From assembly GCA_001872605.1 (NCBI GenBank), contig MNXM01000306.1:6291-70290 (forward strand): a DNA stretch of 64,000 nucleotides, written 5' to 3'. Source of the stretch: Armatimonadetes bacterium CG2_30_59_28. GTDB lineage: Bacteria > Armatimonadota > Abditibacteriia > CG2-30-59-28. A model generated the notes under the pieces. The model did not search any database. It was not told the origin of the DNA and saw only the letters and a program-made list of their open reading frames with translations. Below, one piece after another: positions 48,179 through 56,796 of the stretch (position 1 is the first letter of the stretch; the number at the start of each line of letters is the position of its first letter). A program made the translations under genes and the position numbers.

Positions 48179-48863
48179 GAGTGGCTCGCACCCAGCGAAT
48201 CAATTCAAAAGCCTCCGCTGCATCCAGCCCCGACGCGCTGCCCCAACGTCGGGCTTGGGCGCGGATGGACTGCGGCGATCTGGGATGTGGGAAGTCCCGG
48301 GACTCGCTTTCATACACGGCCATTGCCTGGATTTTGGCGTCAAGCGTCGATGCCACATCGACGAACACATTCGGCTTGAAAGCCGGAGCGAAGCTATCGA
48401 AAGCCCACTCGGTGGAGGAGGGGACCTCGTATGCGTACACCGCCTCAACTGTGCAGCCTCGCACGGGACGCGTCGCGGTTAGCGTTGCCCGGAAGGTGAT
48501 CACGTGGTCGATGTTCAGGTCGCCACCGTGCTGCGTGTAAATCACGCGCGGCTGCACACGATCAACCACCGCTTCGATTAGTTTCACAATCTCCAGAAGG
48601 GGCACCGTGTCGAACCGGTTATCGGGAAGATCGTGGATGATCACATTCTGCACGCCAAGCAACTGATTGGTGCTTCGGGCGTTGGCGTGGAGATCTTCGA
48701 GTAGCGCTCCCTCCGCTTCGCTGCGGTTCGCGTAGCGGGATGTCAGCCCCTCACCGAGAATGACAACGTGAACGTCTTCCCCCGCTGCTGTCAGGCGCGC
48801 CATGGTTCCCCCGCATCCGAGGACTTCGTCATCAGGATGTGCGGCGATAATCAGTGTGCTCAT
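48171..48863 (-). CDS. PIG-L/LmbE family N-acetylglucosaminyl deacetylase
   Basis: 'IIAAHPDDEVLGCGGT' zinc-binding motif; 'HGGDLNIDH'. Confidence 0.8.
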   Translation of the reverse strand: MSTLIIAAHPDDEVLGCGGTMARLTAAGEDVHVVILGEGLTSRYANRSEAEGALLEDLHANARSTNQLLGVQNVIIHDLPDNRFDTVPLLEIVKLIEAVVDRVQPRVIYTQHGGDLNIDHVITFRATLTATRPVRGCTVEAVYAYEVPSSTEWAFDSFAPAFKPNVFVDVASTLDAKIQAMAVYESESRDFPHPRSPQSIRAQARRWGSASGLDAAEAFELIRWVRATHV

Positions 48864-49555
48864 TCTGGTCCCTCGGTGGGAGTGATAGTGACATCGGCTT
48901 CAATGCGGCCGTCCAGTAGGGCGGCGCGGTGGAACTCGTACCGAAAACCCGCGTGCTCCAGGAAAGCGCGAGGATAGCCATCGGCATCCAGCATGCGGAT
49001 GAAATCGTGCAGGCGCAGGAGGTTGTTTCCCGGCCCAATCCGGCTCTCATCCGGTGTCCTCCGGGCGAAGGCGACCCCCTCGCCTTCTTGCGGCAGTGGT
49101 TGCGGGTTATGCTCGATGATCTTGCGGATCATCAAAGCCGACAGCCGTGTTGCCCGAATGTAGATTTCCTCGGCGTTACCTTCCAGCGACAGACCTTCCT
49201 TCATGTACACCGGGCCCGCGTCCATTTCAGGAACCATGCGGAGCGCAGTTAGCTTCGTCGAGCGGTGTCCCCGTATGATCAGATTCTGCAACGGACTGCC
49301 GCCGCGTCCGTACGGCACATCCGTCATGTGGAAACAAACACACTCGTAATTCGAGGCAATTTCCTCCGGCACTTTCCATGACCAGTGAAGAAAGAAAACA
49401 TACCGTGGGTTCAGGAGACGCACGGCATCGATTGTGAGTTCTTCAAGCTGTGCGACGAACTCCCATTCACCGGGGTAGGACGAGATCGCTTCGTCAAAGC
49501 ACCGTCGATTCCAGGGCTTGCACCCCGCCACGAGATAAGTTCCTTGCGCAGCCAT
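48860..49555 (-). CDS. formyltransferase-like protein (Fmt/PurN fold)
   Basis: 'CFHMTDVPYGRGGSPLQNLI' (cf. HxSLLPxxRG) and 'TALRMVPEMDAGPVY' (cf. hxxxxxlDxGxI). Confidence 0.5.
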   Translation of the reverse strand: MAAQGTYLVAGCKPWNRRCFDEAISSYPGEWEFVAQLEELTIDAVRLLNPRYVFFLHWSWKVPEEIASNYECVCFHMTDVPYGRGGSPLQNLIIRGHRSTKLTALRMVPEMDAGPVYMKEGLSLEGNAEEIYIRATRLSALMIRKIIEHNPQPLPQEGEGVAFARRTPDESRIGPGNNLLRLHDFIRMLDADGYPRAFLEHAGFRYEFHRAALLDGRIEADVTITPTEGPE

Positions 49556-49557
49556 GA

Positions 49558-50631
49558 TTACTCTGTTTTACCCCCGATCAGGGTCCAACTCAACGGGGTG
49601 CCGCGTGGGGTGTTGCGACTCGCCTTCCGCCCAATCACGTCGTCGAGGTGTCGTGTGTGAAGTCCCACGCCGGGACGTATTGAGCGCACATTATCAAGTG
49701 TGAATGGGTCCCCGGCCTTCATGTCCTGAACGACAAAGAGCGATCGGCGGAAGATGCGACTGCTGACCTCGCGCTCCTGCAAGCCGTAGTTCACCCTCCC
49801 CAATGCCTTCTCGACCGTGCGAATCGACTGCACGATCTCCTTCATCTCCTGCGGTTCGACCGAGAAGGCGCTATCCGGTCCCGTGTCCTTCCGAGAGAGG
49901 GTAAAGTGTTTCTCGACCACACACGCCCCTACGGCCACCGCTGCAGCGGGAACCGCTGTGCCGAGAGTGTGATCGGACAGCCCGACCGGAACGCCGAACG
50001 CGTCAGCCAAGTGAGGCATCGTCCGCAGGTGCATTGCCTCCGGAGGCGCGGGATACGCGCTCGTGCACTTCAGCAGGAGAAGTTGTTCACACCCCGCCTC
50101 CCGGAGTGTGCACACCGACTCGTCAATCTCCGCGAGGGTCGCCATGCCCGTTGACAATATCGCGGGCTTTCCGGTGGAAGCTACCTTCCGCAGCAGCGGC
50201 AGGTCCGTGTTTTCAAAAGAGGCGATCTTGTGTACCCCCACGCCTATCTTCTCGAGAAAGTCGACTGCCGTGCTATCGAACGCAGTGGAGAAACAGTCGA
50301 TGCCGACCTCGTCCGCAACCTGTTTAAGCTTCGGCTGCCACTCCCACGGGGTGAACGCCTCCTTGTAGAGATCGTGCAGGACACGCCCTTGCCAGATCGT
50401 TCCCTTGATTCGGAAAGGCTCGTCGTCGCAGTCGATGGTCATCGTGTCGGGGGTGTAAGTTTGCAGCTTGATGGCGTCTGCGCCTGCCTCCTTGGCTGCT
50501 CTAACGATCTCGACTGCGCGGTCGAAGTCGTGGTTGTGATTGGCCGACATCTCCGCCACGACGTAGACGGGATATCCCGGACCGATGCGACGACCGTTGA
50601 TTTCGATGAAAGGATGCATTTCAGCGACCAT
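49558..50631 (-). CDS. N-acetylneuraminate/pseudaminate/legionaminate synthase family (NeuB/PseI/LegI) with C-terminal SAF domain
   Basis: 'ADAIKLQTY', 'KIASFENTDLPLL', 'GLSDHTLG', SAF domain; GAGGA RBS before ATG 50631 (track start 50736). Confidence 0.85.
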   Translation of the reverse strand: MVAEMHPFIEINGRRIGPGYPVYVVAEMSANHNHDFDRAVEIVRAAKEAGADAIKLQTYTPDTMTIDCDDEPFRIKGTIWQGRVLHDLYKEAFTPWEWQPKLKQVADEVGIDCFSTAFDSTAVDFLEKIGVGVHKIASFENTDLPLLRKVASTGKPAILSTGMATLAEIDESVCTLREAGCEQLLLLKCTSAYPAPPEAMHLRTMPHLADAFGVPVGLSDHTLGTAVPAAAVAVGACVVEKHFTLSRKDTGPDSAFSVEPQEMKEIVQSIRTVEKALGRVNYGLQEREVSSRIFRRSLFVVQDMKAGDPFTLDNVRSIRPGVGLHTRHLDDVIGRKASRNTPRGTPLSWTLIGGKTE

Positions 50632-51415
50632 CCAGTTGATCCTCGTACAGGAGTTGCAGGCGCAGATAGACTTTCCGTCCATTCTCCACGAAGTACGCGC
50701 CCGCATACGGTGGGAACGTTCGGGCGCGCAGAACATTGATCAATTCCCTCGCCCCGTAACTTCGATCTAAGTCAATAGGGTCTATCGTTTCCACGTCACT
50801 TGTTCGGTGGTGCGTCCTCACTGCATTTTCCTGCTTCGTTCTCGGAGCGTGACCGGTGCGCACCAGCGGCCATGCCTCCCGGAACACATCCAGGCAGCAC
50901 TGTTCCAGTTTGTGGTACAGGGACTCCCCAGTATCCGCCGCTTCCACCGGCACTTCGCGCTGGGCGATAATGTCCCCCGTATCGACCCCCGCGTCGACAT
51001 AGTGCAACGTCGCCCCTGCGGGAGTGCCCTCGATGATGCTCCACACGTTCGGGTATTGCCCCCGGTTGTAGGGAAGAAAAGATGGGTGCAGGTTGATACA
51101 GCCTAACGGAAAAAGCTCGAGGAAGTCGGATTGCAGGATGTAGTTGAACAATACTGAAATGCCGAGGTCTGGCCGCAGCGCGCGAATGCTCTGAAGGACG
51201 GGAGGGCTGTTTAGCTCTGATCCGTCGAACACACATTCGGGCGCCAGTGCAGCAGTCTCGGTGATCTCCGCACCGAACTGCTGCTCGTCTTCCGGATGCA
51301 CCACCAGCCCCACGGTGTTGGCGTTCTCGGACTTCAGGTACTTCAGTATCTCCCAGGCGACACGGTTGTTCCCAAGATAGAGAATGCGCGGACTCATGTT
51401 CTCAGGCGCGCCCAA
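50621..51415 (-). CDS. formyltransferase family protein (Fmt-like, N- and C-terminal domains)
   Basis: 'CINLHPSFLPYNRGQYPNVWSI' and 'ATLHYVDAGVDTGDIIAQ' match formyltransferase catalytic motifs. Confidence 0.65.
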   Translation of the reverse strand: MGAPENMSPRILYLGNNRVAWEILKYLKSENANTVGLVVHPEDEQQFGAEITETAALAPECVFDGSELNSPPVLQSIRALRPDLGISVLFNYILQSDFLELFPLGCINLHPSFLPYNRGQYPNVWSIIEGTPAGATLHYVDAGVDTGDIIAQREVPVEAADTGESLYHKLEQCCLDVFREAWPLVRTGHAPRTKQENAVRTHHRTSDVETIDPIDLDRSYGARELINVLRARTFPPYAGAYFVENGRKVYLRLQLLYEDQLDGR

Positions 51416-52121
51416 AATGCTTCAATAACGCCTCGGCGATGACGAAGTCTACCTCGTCGTGCATGTCGATGGCGAGGTCGTCATCTCGAACAACGACACG
51501 GGTGCCGTCACCGGTAAGTCGATCGTGCTCCATCAGCGTGGCTCGGCTGGAGACGTACACATACCCATCTTCTCGGTAGTCGTGTTGCACCCACTGCCGA
51601 TTGGGGCGGCGAAGGTCGAAATGAGGACTGTACGAGCCATCCTCTTCTCTCCTCCAGATCTTGTAGTTGCGTGTGTCCTGGCACACGGTAACCACGTCAC
51701 AGCCAGTATCGAGGAAAATCTGAATGCACTCGTCGATGCAATCGGCGTCCAACAGCGGCGTCGTGGGCTGCAGGGTGACAACCGCGGACACGGGGAAGGC
51801 GTGCTCTTCTTCCATCATGCGAACGGCGTGTTGCAGCACCGGCACCCAGGGGACGGCGTCTCCGCCCAGCTCATCAGGGCGCCTGAAAGGCACTTCCGCC
51901 CCGCACTCTTTGGCGATGGCTGCAATCTCATCATCATCGGTGGAGACAATAACGCGGTCGAGTAAACGCGCCGTGTGGGCGGTACCGATGATGTAATCGA
52001 TCAATGGTCTGTCCAGCAATGGCCGGATGTTCTTCCGCGGCAATCCCTTCGATCCTCCGCGCGCGGGGATGACGCCAAGGACACCGCCGGCGGAAGAACG
52101 GGCTGGTTGTTCAGTGCTCAT
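51402..52121 (-). CDS. acylneuraminate cytidylyltransferase family (CMP-nonulosonic acid synthetase, NeuA/PseF/LegF-like)
   Basis: 'GVIPARGGSKGLPRKNIRPLLDRPLIDYII' N-terminal CTP-binding motif. Confidence 0.8.
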   Translation of the reverse strand: MSTEQPARSSAGGVLGVIPARGGSKGLPRKNIRPLLDRPLIDYIIGTAHTARLLDRVIVSTDDDEIAAIAKECGAEVPFRRPDELGGDAVPWVPVLQHAVRMMEEEHAFPVSAVVTLQPTTPLLDADCIDECIQIFLDTGCDVVTVCQDTRNYKIWRREEDGSYSPHFDLRRPNRQWVQHDYREDGYVYVSSRATLMEHDRLTGDGTRVVVRDDDLAIDMHDEVDFVIAEALLKHFGRA

Positions 52122-52133
52122 ATTGCAGGCTCC

Positions 52134-53333
52134 TCAATGGGTGCGATGCCGATTCAGGATTTCGCCAACTGTTGTCACAACGCGGTCCACGTCTCCATCC
52201 TGCATCGCCGGGAAGAGCGGCAAGGTGATGATGCGTTCGTAGGCGGCCTCGGCCACGGGACACTGGCCGGGGCGCGTGCCGTAGCGTTCCTGATAGTAGG
52301 GATGCAGGTGAACGGGGATGTAGTGGACGTTGACTCCAATGCCCTTGTTGCGCAGCTCCGCGAAGATGGTCTGTCGGTCCGCTGTGACTCGAGACAAATC
52401 CAGCTGCACGACATACAGATGGTAAGCATGGGACACTTCCGGCGCTACCACGAGTGGTTCCACTTCGGGCACGGACGCAAAGGCTTCGTTGTACCGGGCA
52501 GCGATTGCTTGCCGTCGCCGCACCCACTGCGGCAGCTTGCGAAGCTGGCTGAGGCCCAGCGCGCATTGGAAATCGGTGATGCGGTAGTTGTAGCCGAGGT
52601 CGACCATCTCGTAGAACCAGGAGCCCTGCTGCTCTCTCTGGCGGTGATCGGTGGTGATGCCGTGGTTGCGGAAGGTGCGCGCCCGTGAGGCAAACTTCGG
52701 GTTGCTTGTCGCGACCACGCCCCCCTCCCCTGTCGTTATAGCTTTGACTGGATGGAGGCTGAACGTACTGATATCCGCCAAACTACCCACGGGGCGCCCA
52801 CGATAGCTTCCGCCGAGAGCGTGGCAGGCGTCCGCCACGAGTCGAAGATTGTGCTTCTGGGAAATCGCACTCAGAGCGTCATAGTCGCAGGGCTGGCCCG
52901 CATAGTCCACGGCGATGATGGCTTTCGTTTTTTCCGTTACCCGGCTTGCCACGTCTTCGGCGTCGAGCAGCAGCGTGTGCTCGTCAACATCCGCGACGAC
53001 CGGCGTGCCGCCCTGAAACGCCACGCAGTTTGCGGTCGCTGCAAAGGTGATGGCGGGGATGATGACCTCACCCCCTGCCCCGATGCCGATGGCATACATG
53101 GCGCAGTGCAAAGCCGCAGTGCCGTTGCACACGGCGACCGCGTGGTCGGCGTCCACGAATTCAGCGAAGCGTTGCTCAAACTCAGGAACCTTCGGACCGG
53201 TGGTGAGCCAAGCGGAGCGGAGCGCCGCAACGACAGCGTCGATGTCGTCTTCGTCGATGCACTGACGACCGTAAGGCAATGGTGAGGGATTTTCCGATGT
53301 GTTCTGTTCAGCCACTCGACTACTCCTGATCAA
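52134..53333 (-). CDS. pseC: UDP-4-amino-4,6-dideoxy-N-acetyl-hexosamine transaminase (PseC-type DegT aminotransferase)
   Basis: 'LPYGRQCIDEDDIDAVVAALRSAWLTTGPKVPEFEQ' is the characteristic PseC N-terminus; 'FSLHPVKAITTGEGG' PLP-Lys. Confidence 0.7.
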   Translation of the reverse strand: MIRSSRVAEQNTSENPSPLPYGRQCIDEDDIDAVVAALRSAWLTTGPKVPEFEQRFAEFVDADHAVAVCNGTAALHCAMYAIGIGAGGEVIIPAITFAATANCVAFQGGTPVVADVDEHTLLLDAEDVASRVTEKTKAIIAVDYAGQPCDYDALSAISQKHNLRLVADACHALGGSYRGRPVGSLADISTFSLHPVKAITTGEGGVVATSNPKFASRARTFRNHGITTDHRQREQQGSWFYEMVDLGYNYRITDFQCALGLSQLRKLPQWVRRRQAIAARYNEAFASVPEVEPLVVAPEVSHAYHLYVVQLDLSRVTADRQTIFAELRNKGIGVNVHYIPVHLHPYYQERYGTRPGQCPVAEAAYERIITLPLFPAMQDGDVDRVVTTVGEILNRHRTH

Positions 53334-54312
53334 GAAGCTCTCTCAGCTCCTCCACGCTCAGCCACTCCGTGTTAGCGTCGCTGGTATAGGCAAAGCCTTC
53401 GGGAAGGGGCTTGCTGTCCGGCCATTGGGGTTGCTCCCACCACGGATGGGTGGGAGTCACCACAAATCTGTCCTCAAACTCAAAGGAATTGCGCGCTTCG
53501 TCTTCCGAGATCAATGCCTCGTGCAGTTTCTCTCCCGGTCGGATGCCAATGAACTCGACATCGATGTCGGACGCGATGGCCGCCACCAGGTCCATCATTC
53601 GCATACTGGGTATCTTAGGGACGAAGACTTCACCACCGTGCATCAGCTCGATGCAACGGATGACAAAGTTCACGCCGTAATTCAGCGTTAGCCAGAAGCG
53701 CGTCATACGCTTGTCAGTGACGGTGAGGGTTCCCGTCTCGCGCTGTTTCAGGAACAAAGGAACAACGCTGCCGCGGCTGCCCACCACGTTGCCGTACCGG
53801 CAACAAGAAAGGCGAGTGCCACTTCCTGCCGCGTAGGCATTCCCTTGGATGAACATCTTCTCCGCGCACAGCTTGGTGGCGCCATACAGATTTACGGGGT
53901 TCACTGCTTTATCGGTGCTGATCGCCATGACCTTTTCCACGCCGCAGTCGATGGCGCTTTCGATGACATTCTGTGTGCCGAGAATGTTCGTCTTCACCGC
54001 CTCAAACGGGTTGTATTCACAAGCAGGCACCTGCTTCAGCGCCGCTGCGTGAACAACGATGTCCACTCCGGCCATCGCTCGACGCAACCGCTCTCCGTCT
54101 CGCACGTCGCCGATAAAGTAGCGCAGGTTGGGGCGGTCGAATCCTCCGGTGCGCATCTCGTGCTGTTTCAACTCGTCTCGGCTAAAGACAATGAGTCTCT
54201 TCGGTGAGTGATTCTTCAACTGCGTCGCGATGAATTTTCTCCCGAAAGATCCGGTCCCCCCTGTGACGAGCACCGATTTCTCTGACCAGTTGACACTTTC
54301 AGGCATACTCAT
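53320..54312 (-). CDS. pseB: UDP-N-acetylglucosamine 4,6-dehydratase (PseB/FlaA1/CapD-type, Polysacc_synt_2)
   Basis: 'LVTGGTGSFGRKF', 'IVFSRDELKQHEM', 'HAAALKQVPACEYNPFEAVKTNILGTQNVI', 'STDKAVNPVNLYGATKLCAEKMF', 'YGNVVGSRGSVVPLF'. ATGA overlap with the wzt stop supports a start at 54312. Confidence 0.85.
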   Translation of the reverse strand: MSMPESVNWSEKSVLVTGGTGSFGRKFIATQLKNHSPKRLIVFSRDELKQHEMRTGGFDRPNLRYFIGDVRDGERLRRAMAGVDIVVHAAALKQVPACEYNPFEAVKTNILGTQNVIESAIDCGVEKVMAISTDKAVNPVNLYGATKLCAEKMFIQGNAYAAGSGTRLSCCRYGNVVGSRGSVVPLFLKQRETGTLTVTDKRMTRFWLTLNYGVNFVIRCIELMHGGEVFVPKIPSMRMMDLVAAIASDIDVEFIGIRPGEKLHEALISEDEARNSFEFEDRFVVTPTHPWWEQPQWPDSKPLPEGFAYTSDANTEWLSVEELRELLDQE

Positions 54313-55646
54313 TGGCTCCATCCCTCGGGATTGCGCACCTGTTCGGTTCGCTCGACCTGCCACGGTATGGGGACTGCGATCACGCCACCGCGGTTGGACT
54401 TGGTAACATAGGACAGGAAGGATAGTTCGTCCTTGATCTCAACATAAATCCCTCTCCGGGTATCAATTCGCTCGGGTCCCACAGTTAAGGCCAGTTCGAG
54501 TTCGTAAGTTCCGTGGTTCAGCAGTGGGGTGGGAATCTCGAAGGAAGCGTGGTAACGGCCTGCGCTTCGCGGGAACTGGTCCTGCATGGTTTCGCCAATG
54601 TAGTTGTCCCAGTCTGAGTCTTGGGACACCAGGGCGCGGATGTTCTCTTGCGTCCAGACCTCCACGAACAATATCAAGGTCGGGAAATCCCGATGAAGCT
54701 CAAAATCCATTTCCACCCGGATGGGGTCGAGTACTCCGTGGCGAAGGCACAGGGAACCCGCTGAGTTCAGCACTCTGACCGCGAGGATTTGCCCTTCCAT
54801 CGACTGCCTTTTCTCGTAAACAAATGCGGCATTTTCCGGTTTGGACTCTTCATCCATCGACGCTCTGTAGGCTTCAATCACGGCGGTTGGCTTGCCATCT
54901 CTCCGCAGGGCACCTCCGTCCAGCAGGATCGCTCTATTGCAGAGCGCCTCCACGGCCTTCAGGTTGTGGCTTACGAAAAACACGGTTCGGCCACCCGTTG
55001 CCACCTCTCTCATCTTGCCGAGGCATTTTCGCTGAAAGGACATGTCCCCAACGGAGAGGACTTCATCCACTACCAGGATTTCCGGTTCCAGGTGAGCGGC
55101 GACGGCGAAGGCGAGGCGGACAAACATGCCGCTGGAGTATCGCTTGACCGGAGTATCGAGGAACTTCTGTATTTCGGCAAAACTCACGATCGCGCCGAAG
55201 CGTCGCTCGATTTCCCTCTTCTTCATGCCAAGAATTGCGCCGTTGAGGTAAATGTTCTCTCGTCCCGTTAATTCGGGGTGGAACCCGGTGCCCACTTCGA
55301 GAAGGCTCGCAACGCGTCCTCGGAGTCTGACCTCCCCTTCTGTTGGCTCAGTGATGCGTGAAAGAATCTTGAGCAAGGTGCTCTTACCGGCCCCGTTGCG
55401 GCCAATGACACCGACAACTTCTCCCTGCTCAACCTCGAAAGAAACGCCCTTCAAGGCCCAGATTGTGTCTACGCCAACTCGCTCTTCGTTGCCATTCCGT
55501 GAGCCGCCAAAGCGCGCGGCCAGATTGCGAAACGGTGTTGCCGCAGCATCGACGATCGCTTCACGAATTGTCTTGTAGGGCGCCTCCGCTTTTCCAATGC
55601 GGTAGCGTTTGCCGAGATTCTCAACTTGAATGATGGAGTCTGACAT
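54309..55646 (-). CDS. wzt: polysaccharide ABC transporter ATP-binding protein Wzt with ~170-aa C-terminal beta-sandwich (Wzt_C-like) extension
   Basis: Walker A 'GRNGAGKST', ABC signature 'YSSGMFVRLAFA', Walker B 'ILVVDE'; extra C-terminal domain beyond the NBD. Start at Met 55646 leaves a 9-bp gap to wzm. Confidence 0.85.
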   Translation of the reverse strand: MSDSIIQVENLGKRYRIGKAEAPYKTIREAIVDAAATPFRNLAARFGGSRNGNEERVGVDTIWALKGVSFEVEQGEVVGVIGRNGAGKSTLLKILSRITEPTEGEVRLRGRVASLLEVGTGFHPELTGRENIYLNGAILGMKKREIERRFGAIVSFAEIQKFLDTPVKRYSSGMFVRLAFAVAAHLEPEILVVDEVLSVGDMSFQRKCLGKMREVATGGRTVFFVSHNLKAVEALCNRAILLDGGALRRDGKPTAVIEAYRASMDEESKPENAAFVYEKRQSMEGQILAVRVLNSAGSLCLRHGVLDPIRVEMDFELHRDFPTLILFVEVWTQENIRALVSQDSDWDNYIGETMQDQFPRSAGRYHASFEIPTPLLNHGTYELELALTVGPERIDTRRGIYVEIKDELSFLSYVTKSNRGGVIAVPIPWQVERTEQVRNPEGWSQ

Positions 55647-55654
55647 GGGTTTTA

Positions 55655-56509
55655 CTACACCACGTCGGCGAAGGTTCGCTCCATTCGTCGGAAATAGACC
55701 GCGCCACTTATCAGAATCAGGAGACTCAGGAAGGCAGCCAGCCCCAATGGAAACCACTGGAAGGGGCGATTGAGGAGCGCGGACCGATAGCCTTCCAGCA
55801 GCCCTGCCATCGGGTTAAGGATTGCCATTACGCGGTATTTCGCTGGTAGAAATGACAACTGATAGAAGACCGGCGATGCAAACATCCAGAGCTGAATCAG
55901 GAAGGGGATCGCATACCGGATATCACGATACTGAACATTCAGTGCCGACAACCACAATCCCATGCCCAAGGCCAGAACCATGGTCAGGACGACGAGGAGG
56001 GGAACCATCAAAGCCCCCGCTCCAGGCACGATGTGATAGTAGAAACACAGACCAAGGAGGACGATGAACGCCAGGACAAGGTCGAGCAACCCGGAGAGCA
56101 CCGCAGACCCCGGCACGATGAGGCGCGGGAAGTAGACTTTCGTGATCAGGTTGGCGCTCCCGACAAGGCTGTTTCCCGACTGAGTGACGGCATTGGAGAA
56201 GAACGTCCATGGTACAACCGCACAAAAGTTGAAAAGGGGATACGGAACTCCCGCCGGCGCAATGCCTCTTGTGCGCCCCAGAATAAGCGAGAACACGATC
56301 ATCGTGGCAACCGGCTGAATGATCGCCCAGGTGCCTCCGATCAGGGTCTGCTTGTACCGCACCTTGATATCCCGCCAGGTGAGAAAATACAGCAGCTCGC
56401 GGTACTCCCACAACTCACTCAGGTTGATGGAGGAAAGGCCCGTGGATGGTCTGATGAGCAGCCACGGTAGAGGACCTCCTTCTGCATGTTTGAGGGAATC
56501 CGTGGGCAT
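55655..56509 (-). CDS. wzm: ABC-2 type polysaccharide export permease Wzm
   Basis: 6 TM helices; 'LWEYRELLYFLTWRDIKVRYKQT' is the typical ABC-2 N-terminal motif. Confidence 0.85.
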   Translation of the reverse strand: MPTDSLKHAEGGPLPWLLIRPSTGLSSINLSELWEYRELLYFLTWRDIKVRYKQTLIGGTWAIIQPVATMIVFSLILGRTRGIAPAGVPYPLFNFCAVVPWTFFSNAVTQSGNSLVGSANLITKVYFPRLIVPGSAVLSGLLDLVLAFIVLLGLCFYYHIVPGAGALMVPLLVVLTMVLALGMGLWLSALNVQYRDIRYAIPFLIQLWMFASPVFYQLSFLPAKYRVMAILNPMAGLLEGYRSALLNRPFQWFPLGLAAFLSLLILISGAVYFRRMERTFADVV

Positions 56510-56796
56510 TGATGCTGCTTCAGCGATCTGAGTGGTACCTCACAAATGCAGCCGCCCTCCCTTTGCGGGGTAACAGCCAGTCTGGCAAAGGAATCATCCC
56601 GTCTGTTCGGGGACCGCAGGGCTCTCGATAGGCCATTTTTCAACTGTACGGTTTGTTGCCGGAATGAAGCGCGCGGTTCGCGTGAAGAGAAGATGCATGT
56701 CAGGAACAGTTCCACGACAGGGCTGGCCCATCACGCTGAATGCAGCGCGGACGCTGAGCGCTGCTCGGAGATGTCGGCGCGCTCCCTCGTCGCCAG

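Noticed and set aside
56742-56764. Hairpin gcagcgc-ggacgctga-gcgctgc downstream (minus strand) of the large surface-protein gene
   Set aside because: GC-rich stem is present but no U-rich tract follows on the transcribed strand, so assignment as an intrinsic terminator is weak.
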